From the NCBI GenBank assembly GCA_963792695.1, contig CAWBXA010000002.1, forward strand, positions 4,441-68,440: a stretch of 64,000 nt of DNA. The letters are read 5' to 3'. The notes below the pieces were generated by a model. That model did no database searches, had not been told where the DNA came from, and saw only the letters and a list, made by a program, of their open reading frames with translations. The stretch's first letter is position 1; the number at the start of each line of letters is the position of its first letter. Source of the stretch: an uncultured Verrucomicrobiae bacterium (GTDB lineage: Bacteria; Verrucomicrobiota; Verrucomicrobiia; Chthoniobacterales; Chthoniobacteraceae). Shown one piece after another: positions 28,877 through 36,398 of the stretch. Both the position numbers and the translations under genes were made by a program.

Positions 28877-29036
28877 TAGACATGATGGCTGTGTGCCCAC
28901 TGTAAAGCCACCTCCATCGGCCGGGAAAAAGGGAGTGCGTTTGCCTGCGGTGAGGAAGGCGCGGGTTGCGCGGGCCGAGGCCCGCGCCGAGCCGCCTGTG
29001 AGAAAGCCGCCGGCGAGCCGGCGGCGATTCTCCAGT
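28877..29036 (+). ncRNA. Candidate IS110 bridge-RNA/left-end non-coding region, copy A
   Basis: 160 nt between the element end and the likely GTG start. 100% identical in both copies, whereas the coding part has scattered substitutions. Two 8-bp hairpins with CGAG loops at 28968-28987 and 29006-29025. Confidence 0.35.
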
Positions 29037-30459
29037 GTGAAAACACCCACAGACAAACGCATAGGTAAACCGATCCTCTTCGTAGGGTTGGATGTCCACC
29101 GAGGCGGCGGAGTGAGGAATAAGGGATGCGGGGCGTACGGGGCGAGCCCAAAGAAACGATTTCCGTCGCCCTGGCGGAAAACGAGGGCGCCCGCGAGGTG
29201 CGCTCCCACGGCACGATGTCCCACGATCTGCACGCGCTGGAAAAGCTCCTGCGCAAGCTCCAGGGTGAGGGGCCGGAGCGGCGCGAACTGCGCGTCTGCT
29301 ATGAGGCTGGGCCATGCGGGTTTGGCGTCGCGCGGCGGCTCTTGCAGTTGAAGATCGACTGCCAGGTCATCGCCCCCTCCCTTATCCCGCAGAAGAGCGG
29401 CGACCGGCAGAAGAATGACCGAGGTGGCGGAAGGGACAAGGGAGGAAGAGGGGCGGGCGAGCCAAACGCGATGCGCTCAAGCTGGCGCGCTTGCACCGCG
29501 CGGGCGAGCTGACCGCCGTCCACATTCCCGAGCCGACCGACGAAGCGTTGCGCGACCTCTGCCGGGCGCGCACCGACGCCATCAACGATCAGCGCAGGAC
29601 CCGCCAGCAACTTAAAGCGCAGCTCCTGCGCTTGGGTTATAAGTATACGGGCCGCACGAGTTGGAACGAGGCGCACGAGCGTTACCTGCGCGAACTGGTG
29701 CTACCACACACCGCCCACAAGATCGTGGTCGAGGAATACCTCCAATCCATCGGCACCGCCGGCGAGCGGGTGGCCAGGCTGACCGCGCAAATCGAGGCGC
29801 TGGCTCAAGAGTGGCGGCTCTGGCCGGCAGTCCAGGTCATCATGAGCTTGCGCGGCTTTCAGGTCCTCTCGGCGACGTTGTTCTTAAGCGAACTCGGCGG
29901 ACTCGAGCGCTTTGCCCATCCGACCCATCTCATGGCCTACCTGGGACTGCTGCCGAGCGAGCACTCCAGCGGCGACACGGTGCGCAAGGGCGCCATTACC
30001 AAGTGCGGCAACTCGCATGTGCGCTGGATCTTGATCGAAGCCGCGCAACACTACCTGCACCCGCCCAAGGTCAGCCAGGAACTCAGCCGCCGCCAGCAGG
30101 GCCAGCCGCGCCGGATCAAGGAAATCTCGTGGAGCGCGCAGAACCGGCTCCATCGCCGCTACCGAGCGCTGCTCGGCCGCGGCAAGAGTCCGCAGAAAGC
30201 GATTGTCGCCGTCGCGCGCGAGCTGGCCGGCTTCCTGTGGGCGCTCTACCAGGAGTGGCACGCGCCGGGCAGCCTCCCGTTGCGCTCCGCTCAGCCGCCA
30301 AAGTCCGCCGACTCCGCCGGCGTTCCGCCCAAAGCGGCGGCACGCATTTATCGCCTGCCGATCATCGAAGAAACCGCCCTGCGCGGCCACCGTCCCCGGT
30401 CGTGCGGCGCGCGTGCCCGGGAGGGGGTGGGTTCGGGGGGAACAAAGTCCCGCCGCTGA
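28877..30459 (+). mobile_element. IS110-family insertion sequence, copy A; transposase disrupted by two short insertions and right end not defined (possibly about 30740)
   Basis: Identical over 222 nt to copy B from TAGACATGATGG. Transposase pieces LFVGLDVH / ETISVALAENEGAREV... / ...KRDALKLARLHRAGELTAVHIPEPTDEALRDLCRAR...ITKCGNSHVRWILIEAA (ORF 29491..30459). Confidence 0.8.
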
Positions 30460-30967
30460 CTCCGCCTGTCTGCCCCGGCCTCGCCCGGAACCCCATCCCA
30501 TCAACTTAACGAAAGGAGCTCTGCCCACCACCACTGCACCTGATCTCCTCTCCTCATCTACCCACGTCCGACGCGGGCTGAGGGCAGCAGAGAGTCCGGG
30601 CCACGCGCGGGACGAAAGCCAAGCGAAACCGAAGCTAACCTTTAGCATCAAAAGCCCTGTTGATCCGTCCAACTCACGAGGGTCGTTTAGGGATCACCCG
30701 CGCCGCCCTCCGGGGTGGCCGGCGAACTCCCGAGCCTAGACCGTGAAAGGGACACAAAAGACGAATTGAATCCAAGAAATGACGGTACCCAACCCGCGAA
30801 TATCAGCTTGCCCGCCTCGTCATCCAACCCAGGACTTCTTCGCCAACCTTCCTCTGCCCGGACTCTCTCCCGCCCTGAGTCGCTAAATCCGTAATCTAAC
30901 AAACTATGAAAACCACAACGAAAAAAGTGGGCAAATGCGCTTTGCCTTTAGTTGACAAACACAGCCA

Positions 30968-31088
30968 TATCAACGCTCCCAAGCTCAGCGACGGCGGAGG
31001 CTGACGCGCTGGCTGCACGGTGGGAGGCAAGGTGGCGGAGGAAGCAGCCAGCGTGACAGTCAGCCGTCGGTGCAGCGCCTGGTTAGGC
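30968..31088 (-). other. Integron attC-like recombination site 1
   Basis: On the plus strand: TATCAAC-GCTCCC-AAGCTCAGCGAC...CGCTGGCTGC(27-nt loop)GCAGCCAGCG...GCTGCAGCGCCTG-GTTAGGC. It lies 17 nt after the stop of ORF 31105..31422. Confidence 0.5.
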
Positions 31089-31104
31089 GACGGTCGATTG
31101 GAAA

Positions 31105-31422
31105 TCATTTGGTTCGGCCTCCATGCAAGTCATCTACGAGCGATATGCCGTCTGGTAGTCCGCCCCAACTCCTACCTGTCCAATGCCACATCTCTTCGAT
31201 GCGGAGTTCTTGGGCTGGCTCGAACTGAGGCTGCGGAGCTAGACCACGCGAAACATAAAGCACATTGGTGGTGCGGACGCGGCCCGTGATGATGCCTTCG
31301 TCGATGCGCGCTGCCGAGACAATGAGAATGTCGCGGCGAACATCGCGAGCGATGAACTGCGAAATGGTCTTGCCCTCCCGGAATCTCCTGCGGCGTGACC
31401 ATCGCTGTAGTCTCTTAAACAT
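31105..31422 (-). CDS. Cassette-like hypothetical protein
   Basis: 105-aa ORF that ends 17 nt before attC-like site 1. No family recognised. Confidence 0.4.
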   Translation of the reverse strand: MFKRLQRWSRRRRFREGKTISQFIARDVRRDILIVSAARIDEGIITGRVRTTNVLYVSRGLAPQPQFEPAQELRIEEMWHWTGRSWGGLPDGISLVDDLHGGRTK

Positions 31423-31453
31423 GTCTTCGGATGCTGTTCACGCCAGTCGCCTA

Positions 31454-31765
31454 TTAGGCAGCGGGAGTGGAAGGTGGATGGTCGAAGGGAACAAGGTGTA
31501 GACGCTCCAACAAGCGGCGGAAAATACGGATACGACGGCGGTGCTCACGGTAGGCGGCTAACTCGCGCTTCAGGTCGGGCGGCGCGTCGGGATCGTCAGC
31601 AACCTGCATATGGCGCTCGGGGTAGAGCCACCAGTAGGGCGTGGACACTACCAGCAACCCCAGCAAAAACAGCAGAAACAACGGCACCATGATGGGGGCG
31701 AACATCCACTCCCAATCGGCGATGGGACGTTTGTCTCCGCGGAATCTGGCAAGTGGAAGACGCAT
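31454..31765 (-). CDS. Cassette-like hypothetical membrane protein
   Basis: 103-aa ORF that starts 5 nt after attC-like site 2. TM segment MFAPIMVPLFLLFLLGLLVVSTPYWWL. Confidence 0.45.
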   Translation of the reverse strand: MRLPLARFRGDKRPIADWEWMFAPIMVPLFLLFLLGLLVVSTPYWWLYPERHMQVADDPDAPPDLKRELAAYREHRRRIRIFRRLLERLHLVPFDHPPSTPAA

Positions 31766-31769
31766 AGCT

Positions 31770-31872
31770 GCCTAACGGATGTAAGCTCAGCGACAGCTAC
31801 TGGCGAGGACAGATGTGGCTTTCGGAATGGAGCAAGACGCCAGTAGCTGTTCGCTGCAGCGCCGGGTTAGGC
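31770..31872 (-). other. Integron attC-like recombination site 2
   Basis: GCCTAAC-GGATGT-AAGCTCAGCGACAGCTACTGGCG(33-nt loop)CGCCAGTAGCTGTTCGCTGCAGCGCCGG-GTTAGGC. The core sites match RYYYAAC / GTTRRRY. It lies 8 nt after the stop of ORF 31880..32227. Confidence 0.55.
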
Positions 31873-31879
31873 GTGCCGG

Positions 31880-32227
31880 TCATATCCAGGTCGACGTGCC
31901 CGGATCGAAGTGGGGATGACGCTCGATGAGGGCATGGACGAACTCGAGGAGACTGCGAGAACAAACCGGACAACGCAAGTCCCACGGCGCACGCTCCTGC
32001 ATGAGCGCGCCATCGCCAGGGCAGAACCATCGCCCCCCGATGCCGCCGCTGCCGCGATACTGGGCAAGGTCCGGCTCGCGTGGGCGACGCACCTCCGACA
32101 CGTAGCAATCGATCAACCGCTGAGCCAACTCGACGGCGAGAGCCATCCGACCGTGCACACACTCCAACGTGCCGTCGGTACGACGAGAAAGCTCGTCGCC
32201 ACACTTAGGACAGAAAAGCGTCTTCAT
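31880..32227 (-). CDS. Cassette-like hypothetical zinc-ribbon protein
   Basis: ATG at 32227 (MKTLFCPKCGDEL...RCPVCSRSL...). This is the C-terminal part of composite ORF 31880..32944. It overlaps the upstream ORF by 23 nt. Confidence 0.45.
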   Translation of the reverse strand: MKTLFCPKCGDELSRRTDGTLECVHGRMALAVELAQRLIDCYVSEVRRPREPDLAQYRGSGGIGGRWFCPGDGALMQERAPWDLRCPVCSRSLLEFVHALIERHPHFDPGTSTWI

Positions 32228-32555
32228 GGTGAGCGCGAGGCACGCAAAATGGAAGGACTTCGAGCTGCGAGAGACGCGGAATCTCTGCGACGGTGGGCGC
32301 GGCAAAGAACAAGCCGACCGTGCGGGCTGGACACAAAACCGCCGCCAAGGTGAGGAGCACGGTGGTGCCATCAGGACGGTGCAAACGCATCGGGGTGCCA
32401 GCAGGAAGGTCGGTAGGACAAGCCTGCTCGGGATCGGGAACGGCGACGATGCCCTCGCGGCCTCCGTAAAGCTGAGTGTGGTCGGGGTGATCGGCCAGCA
32501 GACGCGCGGTGATGGTGAAGCTGTCGATGACCTGGAGCACGGCTGAAGAAAGCAC
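32205..32555 (-). CDS. Cassette-like hypothetical protein
   Basis: 116-aa ORF with a GTG start, 27 nt from the left end of IS110 copy B. No family recognised. Confidence 0.4.
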   Translation of the reverse strand: MLSSAVLQVIDSFTITARLLADHPDHTQLYGGREGIVAVPDPEQACPTDLPAGTPMRLHRPDGTTVLLTLAAVLCPARTVGLFFAAPTVAEIPRLSQLEVLPFCVPRAHHEDAFLS

Positions 32556-32582
32556 AGATTACAGGTGAGACGAGGCACCGCG

Positions 32583-32742
32583 TAGACATGATGGCTGTGT
32601 GCCCACTGTAAAGCCACCTCCATCGGCCGGGAAAAAGGGAGTGCGTTTGCCTGCGGTGAGGAAGGCGCGGGTTGCGCGGGCCGAGGCCCGCGCCGAGCCG
32701 CCTGTGAGAAAGCCGCCGGCGAGCCGGCGGCGATTCTCCAGT
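32583..32742 (+). ncRNA. Candidate IS110 bridge-RNA/left-end non-coding region, copy B
   Basis: Identical to 28877-29036. Confidence 0.35.
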
Positions 32743-33189
32743 GTGAAAACACCCACAGACAAACGCATAGGTAAACCGATCCTCTTCGTAGGGTTGGATG
32801 TCCATAAAGAAACGATTTCCGTCGCCCTGGCGGAGAATGAGGGCGCCCGCGAGGTGCGCTCCCACGGCACGATTTCCCACGATCTGCACGCGCTGGAAAA
32901 GCTCCTGCACAAGCTCCAGGGTGAGGGGCCGGAGCGGCGCGCACTGCGCGTCTGCTACAGCCGAACGGAGAGAGACAGACCGAGGGCGGAGCCTCGGCCC
33001 AACGGGGCGGCAGCGGCGGCTGCCGTCAACGCCGGCCCGTGCGGGTTTGGCGTCGCGCGGCGGCTCTTGCAGTTGAAGATCGACTGCCAGGTCATCGCCC
33101 CTTCCCTCATCCCGCAGAAGAGCGGCGACCGGCAGAAGAACGACAAACGCGATGCGCTCAAGCTGGCGCGCTTGCACCGCGCGGGCGAG
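32583..33189 (+). mobile_element. IS110-family insertion sequence, copy B (5' 600 nt only, truncated after ...LARLHRAGE)
   Basis: Left end and first ~150 codons only (ORF 32599..33192). It carries a 72-nt in-frame insertion at 32959-33030 and is cut off by the 30-nt repeat. Confidence 0.8.
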
Positions 33190-33216
33190 TAAAACCTAGT
33201 CAGTTTCTGAGGAGGC
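33187..33216. repeat. 30-nt direct repeat, copy 2
   Basis: Identical to 28576-28605. Here it forms the 3' end (…LLALLASSETD* after repairing one indel) and downstream flank of the IS1-like transposase fragment. Confidence 0.9.
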
Positions 33217-33415
33217 GAGCAGCGCAAGAAGGTCTTTCAGCGTTACAGACATGGTTCGCGATGCCAGCTTCCTTCGCGGGCGGCACGCGCAGCGAGTAAT
33301 GCACGCGGCCGAGGTTGAAGTGCATGAAGGGGAGCGAGACAGCGTGCGCGTGGTTCTCGACCTCCGTTGAGAAGGCGTTCGTGAGCCGCGTAAACCGGCG
33401 CATACTCATGCGCAT
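33196..33415 (-). pseudogene. C-terminal fragment of an IS1-like (ISMhu11-type) transposase
   Basis: ORF 33200..33415 reads MRMSMRRFTRLTNAFSTEVENHAHAVSLPFMHFNLGRVHYSLRVPPAKEAGIANHV..., the conserved C-terminal block of this family. The N-terminal ~250 codons are missing. Confidence 0.65.
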
Positions 33416-33578
33416 CTTTGCTTGAGCGCCTGGGCCTCCCTCTCTCCGTCACGGCTCGCGCTCCAGTTCCAGGGCGGTCCTGAGCGCTCACGCTTCAAAC
33501 TGTACCAATACCAGGAATTCCATTGCCGCGCCGGGAGAGAACGGGGATGTTGAGCGCCCGTTTTTCCTTCGTCTCCCT

Positions 33579-34560
33579 ATGAAAAGTCCCATCAAAATCG
33601 CCGTGACCGGAGCCGCCGGTCAGATCGGTTACTCGCTGCTCTTTCGCATCGCCTCCGGCGCGATGTTTGGCGCCGACCAGCCCGTGGAGTTGCACTTGAT
33701 CGAGGTGCCGCAAGCGCTCGGCGCGCTCGGTGGAGTGGTCATGGAGTTGGAGGATTGCGCGTTTCCCTTGCTCCGTAAAGTGGTGCCGACGGCGGACCTC
33801 GATGAGGGATTCCGCGGCGTGAATTGGGCGCTGCTGGTCGGCTCGGTGCCGCGCAAGCAGGGCATGGAGCGGGCCGATCTGCTCGGAATCAACGGGAAGA
33901 TTTTCGTGGGGCAGGGGAAGGCGATCGAAAAGCACGCCGCGGGCGACGCGCGCGTGCTGGTCGTCGGCAATCCGTGCAACACCAATTGCCTGATTGCCAT
34001 GAACAGCGCCCGCGGAGTGCCCTCGGATCGCTGGTTCGCCATGACGCGCCTGGATGAAAATCGCGCCAAGTCTCAGTTGGCGCAGCGGGCGAGCGTCGAG
34101 GTGGAGCGGGTGACGAACCTGGCCATTTGGGGCAACCATTCGCCCACCATGTACCCGGATTTCTACAATGCGCGGATTGGCGACCGCCCGGCGACCGAGG
34201 TGATCCACGATCTCGGCTGGCTCGAACACGAATTTCTCCAGACGGTGCAGCAGCGCGGCTCAGCCATCATCAAGGCGCGCGGGCGCTTCCTCCGCGGCCT
34301 CGGCGGCGAATGCGGTCGTCGATACCGTCCGCTCGCTCGTTACGCCCACGAAGGGAGGGGAATGGTATAGCGTTGCGGTCTGCTCACGCGGCGAATACGA
34401 GACCGAAGCGGGGCTGATTTTCTCCTATCCGGTCCGCAGCACGCCTACCGGGTACGAGGTGGCGAAGTGGGTCCCAATCAATGAATTTTCGCGCGCGAAG
34501 ATCAACGCCACGCTGGCTGAATTGCGCGAGGAGCGGGACTTGGTCAAAGAGCTTTTGTAG
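33579..34560 (+). CDS. mdh: Malate dehydrogenase (NAD, LDH-like type 2 family), with an apparent 1-nt insertion at the GGG run 34281-34283
   Basis: ORF 33579..34370 reads [22 protein letters not shown]...VVGNPCNTN...WGNHS. After ...AIIKARG the next frame gives [18 protein letters not shown]...[14 protein letters not shown]...LVKELL* (TAG 34558-34560). Confidence 0.9.
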
Positions 34561-35263
34561 CGGTCCTGGCAAGTCCCGTCGAGCGCGAGGGCGACGGCCT
34601 GTTGGCAGGATGGTTGGAGCACCATGAGCGGATGGGCCGCGCACCAGACGCGGCGGCAATCGCCCGTGGCCACCACGGAACTGCGCGCCGGCAGGATGAT
34701 GAGATCGAGCGGCGTCCAGAGGCTGACGAAGTGCACGCGGCGCAGCGCATCGGCGTCGCGCGCCAGGTCGCGCAAAAAGGGGCTACCGGGGCGCATCTGG
34801 CGTCCGCCCGATTAGGCAGCAGCCAGGCCATGGCGGTGCCTTGATGCGGCGTGGAGATGGTGACAAAGCGGTGCACGCGCTCTAGCCCGCCAAGCCGTTG
34901 CAAATAATAACGGCAGACGAGGCCGCCCATGCTGAAGCCGACGAGATCAAAGCGCGTACCCGGCGAAAAATGGTCGCGTCGCGCGTAAGTGGCAATTGAC
35001 CGGCCAATTCATCGAGGCCGACCTGACCCCAGCTCGGGCCTGAGTGAGAGCGTGTGGACTTCACGGCCTTCCGCGCGCAGGTAGCGCGCGAGCGGCTCCA
35101 TCTTGCGCGCGTCGTCCTTGATCCCATGAATGAGCAGGACGGGTGGCAGCGGCGCGGCGGCGATCCGGTCAGCCGGCAGCAGCGAGGCGAGCATGGCGAT
35201 AGCGGCGCACTTCAAAGTCCGGCGTCCGAAAGGGAGTCTCCACATAGTTAAACTCATCTTCAA
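34425..35263 (-). pseudogene. Alpha/beta hydrolase (lipase/esterase-like), with three or more frame breaks
   Basis: Fragments PPVLLIHGIKDDARKMEPLARYLRAEGREVH, DLVGFSMGGLVCRYYLQRLGG (GxSxG), ISTPHQGT, RVHFVSLWTPLDLIILP. The annotated 3' end overlaps the mdh 3' end, so the true stop is unresolved. Confidence 0.65.
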
Positions 35264-35639
35264 AAGGGGGGAAGAAGGCGTCGCCCTCCACGTCGCGCTG
35301 CACCACGGTCAGCAGCAGTTCCTCGCAGCGCGGCAGAAGCTGCGCATACACGTCAGCCCCGCCGATCACCCATACTTCCAGCGGCGCATACGTTTCCGGC
35401 TGGAAGCTGGCGAGATCGCGGATCATCGCCACGCCGGGAAAATTCGCGGAGCGGGAGACGACCAGATGGGAGCGATTGGGCAGCGGGTGCCCGAGTGACT
35501 CGAACGTTTTGCGCCCCATGAGGATGGCCTGGCCGCTGGTCGTCTGCTTGAACCAGCGAAAGTCTTCCGGCAAATGCCACGGCAGGTGTCCGGCGCGTCC
35601 GATGACGCGATTCAGGGACATGGCGGCAATAGCCTTCAA
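35169..35639 (-). CDS. folA: Dihydrofolate reductase
   Basis: 156 aa. IAAMSLNRVIGRAGHLPWHLPEDFRWFKQTTSGQAILMGRKTFES...WVIGGADVY. Confidence 0.9.
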   Translation of the reverse strand: MKAIAAMSLNRVIGRAGHLPWHLPEDFRWFKQTTSGQAILMGRKTFESLGHPLPNRSHLVVSRSANFPGVAMIRDLASFQPETYAPLEVWVIGGADVYAQLLPRCEELLLTVVQRDVEGDAFFPPFEDEFNYVETPFRTPDFEVRRYRHARLAAAG

Positions 35640-35674
35640 CGGTCAGAAGAAGTCTCCCCATCCGGGGCTTCGCC

Positions 35675-36304
35675 TTACTCGGAAAAGACCCGCCCCGCCG
35701 TGCTCCGCTCCCCATCGTTCTTCGTCTCAGTCGGGCTGATGCGGGTTTGCAGCAAGCGATGATCCGCGTCGGTGGCCTGTAGCGTGATCATCGTCTTGAT
35801 GGAACTATCGATCTTCAGCATGCGCGCATAGAGCAGCTTGTAGTATTTTTGCAAAGCGGCGCGCTTCTCAGCCTCCGTGCGAGCGGCGAAGGAATGCTCC
35901 CACTCGACCTGCACCGCCCGATCCGTCAGCGCCAGAGTCTCGACCTGGCGGAAGCGGACACGGTCTTTCAAACCCTGCTTAAAGACCTCGGTTTTGGACT
36001 TCCTCTCCTGTTTTTCAGTCGAGGGAGCCGTTCCGAACCCGCTCTCCGGCTTATCGAGCGAAGGCGTCTGGTCCGGCATCAGCGGCGTGTCGGTAGCCGG
36101 CCCGTCGCCGTGGCTGGGGAGCACCCCGCCCGAAGGTTTGCGGGGATCAATGGGGCCGGGCAGCGCGGGAGCGGCTCCACCGATTCCGGGGGTGTTGGTG
36201 ACGTTTTCGCTGGGGTTGGTTGGCGGAACGACCTCCTGAGCCGGCGCGAAGCCGGGCAGGCCCATTCCGAGCGCGCACAAGAAGGACAAGCGGGTGAACG
36301 TCAT
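35675..36304 (-). CDS. Hypothetical secreted protein
   Basis: 209 aa. Signal peptide MTFTRLSFLCALGMGLPGFAPAQE, a Pro-rich spacer and a helical C-terminal half. No family recognised. Confidence 0.55.
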   Translation of the reverse strand: MTFTRLSFLCALGMGLPGFAPAQEVVPPTNPSENVTNTPGIGGAAPALPGPIDPRKPSGGVLPSHGDGPATDTPLMPDQTPSLDKPESGFGTAPSTEKQERKSKTEVFKQGLKDRVRFRQVETLALTDRAVQVEWEHSFAARTEAEKRAALQKYYKLLYARMLKIDSSIKTMITLQATDADHRLLQTRISPTETKNDGERSTAGRVFSE

Positions 36305-36398
36305 AAGCGAAACGAGAGCAGCCTATCCGGAATCCAAGCCTTTGCCAAGCAGGAACGCCTCGCCGGGCGATCACCCCAAAACGAAAGTTCGCCGGCTT

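Larger units (their letters stand above)
27779..33513. mobile_element. 5.7-kb mosaic accessory island delimited by 17-bp inverted repeats and a 6-bp direct repeat
   Basis: TGGTAGTGGTACAGTTT (27779-27795) versus AAACTGTACCAATACCA (33497-33513), with one mismatch. GGAATT lies immediately outside both ends (27773-27778 and 33514-33519). The interior is IS debris plus cassette-like ORFs. It sits between the cyclase gene and mdh. Confidence 0.6.

Noticed and set aside
29884-30672. 262-aa minus-strand ORF and the 29661..30509 plus-strand ORF inside IS110 copy A as extra IS genes
   Set aside because: Both overlap the well-supported transposase frame (29491..30459) and have shadow-ORF composition.
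30906-31004. Small plus-strand ORF MKTTTKKVGKCALPLVDKHSHINAPKLSDGGG
   Set aside because: Its 3' third lies inside attC-like site 1. It runs opposite to the cassette orientation and has no recognisable features.
31441-31460. GCCTATTAGGC mini-palindrome between ORFs 31105..31422 and 31454..31765 as a third attC site
   Set aside because: Only 11 nt are involved. There is no stem, no AAGCTCAGCGAC / GCTGCAGCGCC blocks and no GTT core, so it is more likely chance or a relic.
27779-33513. Complete integron (integrase + attI + cassettes)
   Set aside because: No tyrosine-recombinase-like ORF occurs on either strand in or next to the island. Only attC-like sites and cassette-like ORFs can be supported.
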